A stretch of DNA of 64,000 nucleotides from Botryllus schlosseri (taxonomy: Eukaryota), in NCBI GenBank assembly GCA_051294905.1, contig CM119371.1, positions 3,474,001-3,538,000 on the forward strand. Reading direction: 5' to 3'. Within the stretch, counting starts at the first letter, position 1, and every line of letters starts with the position of its first letter. The notes under the pieces are model-generated. The model was not told the DNA's origin. It did no database searches and saw only the letters and a list, made by a program, of their open reading frames with translations. A program made the position numbers and the translations under genes. Below, piece after piece: positions 53,095 to 64,000 of this stretch.

Positions 53095-54591
53095 AAATTT
53101 TTCAAAGTAAAACCATTGAGATTACAGTAGGGGGGAGTAAAACACAGTAGGGGGGAGTAAAACATGAGTATAGCAGTAAAATAGAGAAGCTAAAAAGAAT
53201 GAGAGAAACCGTTTTATCAAGTTGAACCATTTAATCACCTAGGTTGGAAAATATAAAAAACAAACTAAAAAAAAAAAAAAGTGTAATCAAGACCCCGAGC
53301 GCGAGACAGCCCTACACATACGAGAGGGCTGCCGAACGCCGGCGGATACGGGGAGCCGTATAAAAAAAAAAAATGAGCATCGTTTCTATAGACAGCCTAA
53401 CACTTTCATGGGGTGAACAGAAAATTTTCAGATTTTTTATTATTTATTTTAATATAATAAATATAAACTTACTTCTCCTGTAGCAAAGCGGTTACTGGCT
53501 GTAATTGAACCAAATTTTGTGTGTAGGCTTAAATTAGGTAACCTAACAATTTTATCAAGTAGCCAGTACGATTTGAGAAAAAAAGTCATTTTTGAAGAGC
53601 CCTACTGGACATTAAAGGTAAGTGTAATAGACTTTCAATACTTGCTAAATTTTGCATCGATTCACTGTGTCATCCCTGAACGTTGAATGTCAAGCGCCAA
53701 CCTACGCATATCAGTTTTACTAATCAGTTATCATATCTGACACGGTCGGGGATTCAGACACGACATTGCGGCCAAGCACCTGGACGCGCCATCATTATGC
53801 TCTCTTGTCTATTAGGAGTTTACGCACCTTAAAGTACCTCGAGCCGATGCAATAAGGCAGTTCTTTTTAACAGTGAGTCAGAAATTCCATCGTTACATAT
53901 GTTAATATCCAACGATTATATTTATGTTTATTCCAATTACTTCTCAAGAATGTCAGCCTAGCATATTCGCGTTTATTTCAATACACCGTATTCAATCGGT
54001 CAACGTTCCGGTTTACTACCACCAAAAGTCAGAACACGCCACTGGATGTTTGCTTAATTCTGATTGCCTCAGTCATAAATTACCCCATAAACTGATATCG
54101 CAGGATTGCCGTAAATGCGAAATCTAAAGCTTTTTATTGCCGATTGACGTGTACCGTACACATTATGAGCAGACGGTGCTCAACTAAAGTAAACATTGTT
54201 TGTGATAGCGGTTGGACGAAGCAGATATCAAATACCAAACTGCATGCCATTGAATTAGATTGATATTTATAGCTACTAGGGATGGTGTGAACGCGAAGCT
54301 CATGTTCGCGATCTGTGTGTGAACCTCCGAAATTTAGAGGTTCGCGTTCACAATCGAACCTTGGTAGGTGCTGCACTGTGAAACTTTTGAACATATTACA
54401 ATTTTTAACATCTTTGGTTGAAATTCTTTGCATTTCAATTTCGGGCCACTCTATGCATGGCTATGACACTGGCAACATAACAAATCTCCACACTAAGCTA
54501 GCATGCACCTTGACAATCTCATAAACTTCATTTGCTTGGTTACAAAAGTTTGCTTGAAATATTCATCTTTTCGCTTGTGAATATTTATTAC

Positions 54592-56848
54592 TAGGGATGG
54601 TGTGAACGTGAGGTTCACGTTCGCGTTCTGTGTGTGAACTTCGGAAATTTCGAGGTTCGCGTTCACAACAGAACCTTGGTAGGTTCTGCACTGTGAATCT
54701 TTTTCATATATATTACAATTTTCACTTCATTATAACTGATTAAGTTAAAATTCATTGCATTTCAACTGTGGACCACTCTATGCATGGCACTGGCAGCATA
54801 AACAATCAACACCTGTCCAATTCAAATATTTCATTTGCTCTCTAACAAAAGTTTGCTCGAAATATCCAGCTTATCAATATTTAGTGACTCTCTGCTGTGA
54901 GCTTGACCGGCAATCACACAACATCAAGAGCGAAACACACTACATGTAGATAAGCCAATGATGCTTATTCAATTGATATCGTTTTCTGATGTCAAAATAT
55001 GGCTAGCTTATACGTGGTCAATCTTGTCTTCATATGTTTACTGTATCATAAAAAGCAAAAACGGCATCCGTGCGATTGGGGTGTTGGCTATTGTTGTATA
55101 ACTAGTGGGTTAAAAGCGGTAGCAAGTATAGTTTTTACTCTCTGCTCAATATCCGTCCGTCTAGCACCTCAGACGCCGAATACATTTTCCGGTCTGGCCT
55201 GGACCGTTAAGGCGTAAAGCGGGGCCTACGATACTTAAGTATCGTAGGCCCCGGCGTAAGCTTATATTCCCTGGCAAGTCCTCGTCGGAATTGTCGGCAA
55301 AGCGACGGATGATATTGATTCATGGGATTATTATATCATTTGATTGCCTCAGTTGATACATTTAGCGACGATTAAAATGTCTATATGTACTTCAGCATTG
55401 TGCCATTATGTGGCCCGAGTCGTCGCTATGTATCGTGTACAATTGTACATTAATATAGGCTATCACTTCATTCAAATATAGGGCTGGAATTAGCAATATG
55501 ACGTCACGTGACGTCATGAGGTTAACGTTCGCGTTCACACAGAACCTTTCAAAAAGGTTCGAGTTCACACGAACCTGAACCAGTGTTGCCAATTTAGCGA
55601 TTTTCGCGCTAGATCTAGCGATTTTTCATCCGGTTTAGCGCCAAAAAATATGGATCTAGCGCCTAGCGATAAATCTAGCGATTTTTGAAGGAGTATTTAG
55701 CGATTATTTAGCGCTTTTTTACCGAAAATAACCACTAAAGATCAGTTCTGACTGACGACTGCATTGGCTATACCGGTCACCAGAGTGCGGACTCCGATGA
55801 TATATAATTATAGATTAATACCTGCCGATCGATAGTAGTAGATACGCAACTCCTGGCGGTTACGCATGGGCAAACAGTGTCTCTACTTGCTGAGTAATCT
55901 AAAAGTAGCATAGTTGGCAGTGCTAAAACTGGCGACCTGAACGCTGAAGTTTAATATAATTGGCCAATGGCCATAAACGAAAGATAGTGTCGCAGTGATT
56001 TCGAAAATACAAAATAAAATCTCGTCCGGACAATGGAACCATGCACCCCGAAACAGCCCTCAAAGTCTGAAATCCGGCATTATTGCTCCAACAATGGCAC
56101 CGACGCAACACGATGAACATAACAATGAGCAATTTCGTCAAGCGATTGTTCTTATCAATGCCGATTTCCAGACTTTGGGGACTGTTTTGAGGTCGCTCCA
56201 ATGTCTGGTCATTCGTTTAAGGCCAGATTAATTACATTTCATACACCGGGTTGGTCCTCGGATTATTTTCTTAAGGTCTCTACTTATAGTGGAAAACAAA
56301 CCCGTTTCAACGTCGTGTTGTGACGGGTCAAGTCGTATGTCGTGTCCACTGTCCACGTGTGAAGTCGCATGTCGTGTTCAAGTAGGCCAACTCCAACACA
56401 GTTTAGAGAAGAAGTCAGGCGCATAACCACGGTACATCGCATCACGTATTCACGGACGCATCGAGTAAGGCACGCTGATATAGTGAGCGGTTATGCCTGC
56501 AAACCTGGTCAGTGTTCACGGTATAGCGATCGTTTCGCAAAGCGATCTGCTTTATCGAAATGCACTGCCGTTTTGTCCCGCTTAGATATGACTATTACGT
56601 ATTATGAACTATAAATATGATAAGTTACTTTGGCCCCAGACGAGTAAAATATAGCTGAGAAGAATATATCGATATACTGGTTCAATTTAACACCTTTAGC
56701 ACCTTTTGCAGATTTAGCGCTATTTTTTAGCGCTTTTTTCTCAATATTTAGCGCTATCTAGCGATTTTTGACACCAGTTTTAGCGATTTTCTTCCATCCG
56801 GAGTTGGCAACACTGACCTGAACCTTTGTGAGGTTCACACCATCCCTA
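54592..56848. mobile_element. hAT element (TAGGGATGGTGTGAAC TIR) inserted into an older copy of itself
   Basis: 16-bp TIR, 8-bp TSD TTTATTAC; the host copy starts at 54277 and resumes at 56857. Confidence 0.88.
55581..56815. mobile_element. hAT element (CAGTGTTGCCAA TIR, TAGCG subterminal repeats)
   Basis: TIR pair, 8-bp TSD ACCTGAAC. Confidence 0.9.
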
Positions 56849-57111
56849 TTTATTACCTCTTTGCTGTGAGCTTGGCCAGCAATCACATGACACACAGAGC
56901 GAAATCCGCTACATGTAGGTAGTCAGCGAAGGATGCTTATTCAACCAATCAATGAAATTGATAGAAAGAAAACATCATTGTCATACGTCAAAATTCTAGC
57001 AGGCGTAGGGACCCATCTTGATTTGATATTCATTGTATCATAAAAAAAAACAAATCCGTGCGACTGGGGTGTTGGCTACTTAGTAATTTGTTAATGAGGT
57101 AATATCGGTAG

Positions 57112-58700
57112 CTAAGTTTGGTCAATTGTAATTTGTAATTAAGCTGAATGTAAATAATACATTTCTTCATGTAAGTGTAATTGTAATTGTAATTGAAGCA
57201 TTTCTATTTTGTGTAATTGTAATTGTAATTTAATGAAAATTTTGCCCAATTACAATTTCAATTGCATTGAAAATCACAACATAAAATGATTAGCCTATTT
57301 TCATCGATGATCTATTCGTACCTCGTTAACTAGATAATTCAGCCATGCTAAACTGTTTGCCATACTTCACTAGCAACAGAGAACGTAGCATAGTGGTTCT
57401 CAAACTTAGGGCCGTGCCCTCCTTGTAAGGCACGAAAGCATCTGATAGGAGGCGCGAAGCTCCGGTAAATTGAATAATTTGACCGCGCGTGGCGCGATTT
57501 ACCTCCATTTCATAGGTATTGCTCTGTGTATAATACGAATTTCATATTGGAGAGATCTCTCATCAACAGTCATAACCTTCCATACCATCAAACCATATGT
57601 AAGGATTTCCTACATTCTGGTTTCATTGTGTGATATGACGATAAGGAAGACACGAAATATTTCACCGTCATAAAAACATCTAAAAAAGTTTGAAAACCAG
57701 TGGACTAAACTAAATCTGAATATTTCAAAAATGGATAAATAGCAAATAAACGCTTGTGAAACCTGTGATGAACCATTTCCTACACCACTGTCATAGTGTG
57801 TGGTTTAAATCTCTGACCAGTACTGAGTCTTGTTGCAACAATCGCAAATAGAGATTCCAGTTTTCAACCAAGGCTTCATCAAACTTGATCATGCATTTTT
57901 AGAGATGTTATCCCAATTTTGGCCAAATTTACTGGGGCTCGAAACTTTCCGCACCCTAATGTTCATCAAATACAATCTAATAGTTTTTGAGCAAGTGAAA
58001 ATGTAAATGCGAACCAAAATTTTGTAGTTCGTAGTTATCAGGAGTTTCTTTCCTTTTGCATTTATTTTAATTTTACACACTTTATTGATGAAATTCAGGA
58101 TCTACTCCGTTCTACCTACGGCTTGAGATTCCCTATTTCTTACACTTGACAGACATCAGTCCAACACACACAGCAGAGTATATTACAGCGGACCTGTTCA
58201 TACAGCGAGCGACGTATCGTACTACCACGAGGTAACCCAGAATCAAACCAATTATACCCGAGTATCAAAACATTAACTCGAACGTACACGAGAAACCAGA
58301 ACACTTTCAATATGAGTCATTCACACTCCTGCAGGGAGACCAGCGGTTAGCTAACAAAGTTCCAGAATATTCCAAACACAAGTACAGTATACAACGAATA
58401 CACAATATGTACAATGTATACAACGGTTTAACAATGTCTCATGTAACATGAAAATCATCATTTTCAACATTTATCATTATCATCCTTATAGCTGACGACT
58501 TACCAATTACATTTCATTTGCCTTACTCAGCTTTGTGTATTGGTTTTACTACATTTCACTGCACGACTTCTAATTGTAATTTAAATTGTCATTAATTACA
58601 TGTTTAACAGTAATTGTGATTGTAATTTGATATTTTTAGCATTGAATAATTGTAATTGTAGGCCTAATTGAACTGAATTAATGTAATTGATCTAACTCTT
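57112..58700. mobile_element. AATTGT-repeat hAT-like element
   Basis: 8-bp TSD ATCGGTAG; homologous to 2399-4094; contains a small MITE (~57390-57702) and a solo LTR. Confidence 0.82.
58086..58469. mobile_element. Solo LTR
   Basis: TGATGAAA...TTTCAACA termini, 5-bp TSD TTTAT; absent from the homologous site near 3075. Confidence 0.75.
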
Positions 58701-59669
58701 ATCGGTAGTAAGTATTACACCAACCCGTTTCACACTCCTCTCAATATCAAGTAATAGTGAGGCGCAGAATACATTGTCTGGTCTGGCCTCGGCCCTCGCA
58801 AGGCGTAAGCTTATATTCCCTTGCAAGTCCTTGTCGAAATTGTTGGTAAAGCAACGGAATATATTGATTTTATTGGATTATTATATCATTTGATTGCTTC
58901 GGTGGATACATTTGATGACGTTTAAAAAGTGTCGCCTGAGTCGTCGCTAGGTATAATGTACATTAATATTTATCACTTCACTGAAATTTAGGGTTGGAAT
59001 TAGCAATATAACGTCAGGTGAAATAAATTTAAACTTCTTAAAATGCTTTACGTTTTGTTCTCCCGAAATCTCAAATCCGATCGCGGGCCGCAAAATATGA
59101 CACCGAGGGCCGCATGCCACGTGTTGGTGACCCCTGCCATATATCTCGAGTAATGGACCGACCAATGTATATATATCATTGCTCGACACAATAAAAAAAA
59201 GTCATAAATGAAGTGAAATCCTCAATGCGGATGCTCAGGTGGGTCATTCGGTCCAATGGCGCTGGAAAAATTGACCTTTTTAAGGGTCAACACTAGAAAA
59301 GTACACCAGATGACTATGGCATAAAGTGGGCAATCCGGGAGTCGAGCCGGAAATAATAACCTTTATTGTTATCCAACACAATAAAATTTTAGAAGCAGCA
59401 GTTTTCTAGTCCGACAATCTAAATTTTGTGGTTTCAAAAAAAGTAATAAGTGTCCTCCTTTCCGGATCCCAAAATAAGGGAACCCCACGGTTGATGATGG
59501 GGATTTTTCTGCGTAGGGGTGTCAAACCAGGCATGACTGCTGTAATATGTTGTTTCAATTTATTCTGATTGCTATTCTTTAGAGATCATGCGATAGCTGA
59601 AAGTGATTCAGGAAGTCACGTCATGACTCCACTGGACCATGCAATGGTTTGAACACGACTATCAAGGAA

Positions 59670-60045
59670 TAGAAGCACTCACGCTGACAGAAAAGCTGGC
59701 TAAGACACTCAACGCCAACTACGATGCACTCCTCCGCTACGCACTCGGCATCCACCACCCGGAGCACATATCCACCAATGCTCTGCGCAAACTCACAAAA
59801 ACAGTCCCATGCCGTTTGCTAGCTGCTGAACGACGCTTACGCTTAATCGGTCATCTAGTGCGGCATCAAGACGATCAACCAGCCACCGCCATCATCAACC
59901 ACATTCCGACGGAGCCATGGCGCAGAGGTGGCTGGAATAGAACCACATGGCGATCAACAATAGAGACCGAGCTAGCGCAACGCGGGCTATCGCTCGAAGA
60001 CGCCCACGACCGCCCACGATGGAGGCGCTTAATAAGGGCCGAAAA
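59670..60045 (+). mobile_element. 5'-truncated RTE-like LINE, C-terminal ORF2 fragment
   Basis: ORF 59639..60151: LLRYALGI...RRLRLIGHLVR...TTWRSTIETEL...AHDRPRWRRLI is typical of the RTE-clade post-RT region. Confidence 0.8.
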
Positions 60046-61779
60046 CTCGTTATCTTGCTGTTCGTTTGTTTCCTGTTTTCTTTTGCCCTTTTATTTAATT
60101 GAAAGGCGATATATATATATCAAGGACCGTTTATTCCAGAAGTGGGCATAGTAGTTATTGTCGGTACTGAATAAGTAAAAGTAATGTCTTAAAAATTCAG
60201 CTTAATGTGACTTTAAATTTCCAAGAATTCTAGTATTAGCGTGGATGAAAAGCAACACCTACCTGGACGTACTTTGTGGCTGACCTACTCTGCGATAGTA
60301 GGCATATACTATATACCTAGGCCCCACTTTCTACTCCAATGGTTTTCAAGCGTGGCCCATTTATCTTGTTAAATTAGCAACATTTTTAAGCCTATTCATG
60401 GCCAACTATCATCTATTTTGAGCCGTTATGCGCATCCTATCTACGTTCATTTCTTCTCCTGAAAGAAACAAGTGTGCCCCGAGGCTGCTGTGATTTCGAT
60501 TGAAGCTGATTTGCTGACAATGATCTTACCTGCTACTGACCAAAATACACCACGTCAACTTGCAAACTGTGTTTATTCATCCAGACGGAGACAGGAGGCA
60601 GTGTAAGTATTTAAGTATAAGACGACTAAACACGAAAATATCGTAATCAAGTGATTACACAGTCAGTTATAAAGCAACCAGACGCGACTAGCAATATATG
60701 CAGCAATATATGCATCGACATTGACCCAAAAATAAGGACAGTCGAAAAATTAGATTAGCATGAAAAAGCGTTTTTGCACATACGTTCAATGTTCCCTCTA
60801 AGCTGCGCACGTGCGCAAATGCGCAGTGCTGAAACGGTCTCTGCGCACGGAAAATCTACGCTGCGCACAAAAAATCAGAAATAATGTTTTTTTATAGTTA
60901 TTGCGCACTCATGTCCAATGGACCACGCAAGCGCGCAGATTCGTGAAAATTAAGATGGAACATTGCCAGGGTCAAATAGTGTTATCACTGAAGTCTGAAT
61001 CCGAGGTACAAAGTGCGCCGCGCAAAGGTAACTCTTGCGATCCGTGAAGAAATTTGAGTTCACAATCACCTGCTCCTCACGGAAGATATTTTTTGAATTT
61101 GGCCTCGTACACGTGAGCGATTCTGATATCATTTCAATAGCGCATTATTTTCTGGGAATGGCTAAATAAAATGGTTTTACAAAGTTATGAATAACATGGG
61201 CTAGCTCGAAGTTAATATGCGAGATCCTAACGAATGATAGTCTTCTTCGCGTGGCATGAACATTGCGTAAGATTTACTCAGGACCGTCACTTTCGCACCC
61301 CAAACCCCCCAATTGGAGGGGCCGAGCTCGAAGTGGGTCCAAAATTATTTCGAGAATTAACATAAATCATGGTGCATTTTTTTAAATTTTTCAGGAATTT
61401 TTTTGGTGCTACGCGCGTTTTATTATTTTAAGATATCTGATTATTGGGTACCCTTTCCCAACACAAATTAGGTACGATTTATAGAAATCGGCAGTTGGGC
61501 TTCGGTCATTACCGCACCATGACGCGCCAAGACATATGAAGTTAAAGGCTATGTCACATGCGAATCCAAGGAATGCGCCAGAACGATCAGCAGCGAGAAA
61601 ACCTGCTGACCGAAAACTTCGATATATACAGATATATGTGTAATTGCCCATGTCCATGGGCACCTATAAATGGCTGGCGCCGAATGTTCCTGTCCTGGCG
61701 ATCCGAGTCCCACAACAAGACAAATGACATATCGAGGAAACATTATTTTCTAGTTAATAAATACCAATTTGAAATCGTG

Positions 61780-63416
61780 TAGGGGAGATGTGGTACCGAT
61801 GGATCACTGGGACCGAAAATACTTTGAAAATTCTCTATGACAATTCCATGATTACACTCCGTGAACTTGTCCACAAGTGCTTGCTGGCAAAATCTTTCCT
61901 CACATACAAAAAAATTCGACGTGCGCGAGCTATGGGGTCTCTCACAGATGTTTTTTGTTTTGGGGGGTGTAAAGTAAATTTATATCGACATATAAATTTT
62001 TCTTTGTAACCTTCAACACGAACAAACCAGCAATCATTTTTATTGTGAAGTGCAGGGCTTGTATCAGGCTATATAATAACACCTATTATTTTTTTCAGTA
62101 CTTTCCTTGAGTGGAATTTTTTTCGATTCATGTATAAAATTCGTAGGGTGGGGACCGATGATACAGTAGCCAAATCAAGCAAAATAATCAAGCATACTAA
62201 TCATAAGACAAATAAAACATGCCTACGTACAGAAAATCTTTATGTACTAATTGCATATGATGTTTTATCGCTATAACGAGGTGTTTGGAAGTCACACTGT
62301 CGATTTTCGGGCAATATGCATTAGGGCTCTTCAAAAATGAATTTTTTTCTCAGATCGTACTGGCTACTTGATAAAATTGTTAGGTTACCTGATTTAAGCC
62401 TACACACAAAATTTGGTTCAATTCCAGCCAGTAACCGCTTTGCTACAGGAGAAGAAAGTTTCTATTTATTATATAAAAATAAATAATAAAAAAAATGAAA
62501 ATTTTTTGTTCACCCCATGAAAGTGTTAGGCTGTTTATAGAAACGATGCTCACCAAATTTGGTTCAATTCCAACCAGTGAAGGCGGAGTTATTGCCGTCG
62601 AAAAATTCGGATTTGAATAAAATAGTATTTACGGTGACCACAACTATAATAAATAAACAAAGAATCGGTCACCGTAAATACTATTTTATTCAAATCCGAA
62701 TTTTTCGACGGCAATAACTCCGCTTCCACTCGTTGGAATTGAACCAAATTTGGTGAGCATCGTTTCTATAGACAGCCTAACACTTTCATGGGGTGAACAG
62801 AAAATTTTCAAATTTTTTATTATTTATTTTTATATAATAAATAGAAACTTTCTTCTCCTGTAGCAAAGCGGTTACTGGCTGGAATTGAGCCAAATTTTGT
62901 GTGTAGGCTTAAATCAGGTAACCTAACAATTTTATCAAGTAGCCTGTACGATTTGAGAAAAAAAGTCATTTTTGAAGAGCCCTAATATGCATGTACCCTC
63001 AAATTTATAAGTCCGAGCCTAAATCGAAACGTGATTTTATGACAACATTTGAGTTAATATTTATTCTATTTCTTGACGGTTGCGATCAAACATTCTTCTT
63101 TGGCTTACTGTAGCTTAGATTATAATACTGAGCAAGAAAAGTTGTCACATCTGAGGTATTTAGGGTATATGTGTCATAGGTCCCCGGGTCGTGTGCCATT
63201 GGACCCACCGGGTGGGGACCGATGGCACGTTCGAGCAACAAATTTTGAACGTCCATTAATATTTTTTGAAAAGACGGATATTCATGTATATGTGCGCGAT
63301 AGGTAGAGCTTGTATCAAAGTGCTGAGCCAGCAAAAGACTTGCTGTTTTAGGCTGAACATTTTGGGGCCAGCGATCATTTTCCAATTTTTGATCCATCGG
63401 TACCACATCTCCCCTA
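61780..63416. mobile_element. TIR DNA element (TAGGGGAGATGTGGTACCGATGGATCA) hosting the 62322 MITE
   Basis: 27-bp inverted repeats including a terminal TA (possible TA TSD); superfamily not determined. Confidence 0.8.
62322..62984. mobile_element. Intact 663-bp palindromic hAT-type MITE
   Basis: Near-perfect foldback of two ~320-bp arms; 8-bp TSD ATATGCAT. Confidence 0.93.
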
Positions 63417-64000
63417 CGTCTTTTACTTTAATACCGGTACGATTTGGCGATTTCAATATCTTTTGACAAAGCATTTAGGGGGTCACGAAATAGCATCATG
63501 TAACGAAGTCATTATATCAACGGGTACGCCCGAAGATGTTTTATTATTATTTAGAGGGCCTATCTATTCCAACACACCTCACTGGATCAGCTCTACCGGT
63601 AAATCTGATTATGTGAGCAGGGAGAGGATAAAAATTGATAGCAATATATATATGCAATTCCCGATCATATTGACCGATGCAATCATGAATGATAGAAATT
63701 TTTTCGCGCTTCGCGCGTTTGGGGACAGCACTACTAAATGGGCACCTAATGTATATGATAAGTAGTCTAGAGCCGTAGGGGGGTCTGGGGGGCAAAGGCC
63801 CCAGTAGATAGTTTTATCACCCTATTAGAAGGTGGTTGCGCACTGTTGTCCGATGGCCTGCGCAGTGAGTTGGCGTGTTTGCGCAGACTCTTAAAAAATT
63901 AGAGGGAACATTGCATACGTTGTAGGCCTATTTATTCTAGCCGTGGCATATCACATTCCATACTTTTCGCCAGAAACAATCTGCTCCAGCAACACCTTGT

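Larger units (their letters stand above)
47649..53373 (+). mobile_element. Full-length non-LTR retrotransposon, L1/Tx1 clade
   Basis: Two intact ORFs, 3' poly(A) 53362-53373, 11-bp TSD TGAGCATCGTT at 47638-47648 and 53374-53384. The empty site is visible in the intact MITE copy near 62754. Confidence 0.96.
47205..53604. mobile_element. Palindromic hAT-type MITE (TAGGGCTCTTCAAAAA ends) interrupted by the LINE
   Basis: Inverted termini, 8-bp TSD CTGGACAT; nearly identical to 62322-62984; empty site in the paralogous block near 33875. Confidence 0.93.
40010..53987 (+). repeat. Segmental direct duplication, copy 2 (expanded by insertions)
   Basis: Same backbone as copy 1, plus extra segments at ~42002-43840, 45761-46286 and 47205-53604. 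Confidence 0.93.
60787..63913. mobile_element. Composite hAT unit bounded by CAATGTTCCCTCTAA TIRs
   Basis: Perfect 15-bp TIRs, 8-bp TSD CATACGTT; it interrupts a sequence that is contiguous near 37077. Confidence 0.82.

Overview
AT-rich, CpG-undepleted eukaryotic (invertebrate-like, possibly tunicate; inference only) genomic DNA. The only clear host gene is a minus-strand, spliced NLR-like gene (NACHT plus LRR), reconstructed as phase-compatible exons 27189-27117, 25888-25739, 24868-24689, 12234-10795 and 10147-9834 (719 codons), with a degenerate LRR-like exon near 7507. I found no death-fold or TIR domain at its N-terminus. It has instead two short symmetric exons encoding N/G/V/I-rich segments that resemble amyloid-signalling motifs; this is the most interesting candidate system here. 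The rest is a dense, nested transposon landscape. It includes a full-length, intact L1/Tx1-type LINE (47649-53373, 11-bp TSD) inside a palindromic hAT MITE, and many hAT MITE families with 8-bp TSDs, including self-nesting and a probable composite element. There are also SINEs, a solo LTR and LINE 3' fragments. A ~6.5-kb direct duplication (27767-34259 vs 40010-53987) supplies empty sites that order several insertions.
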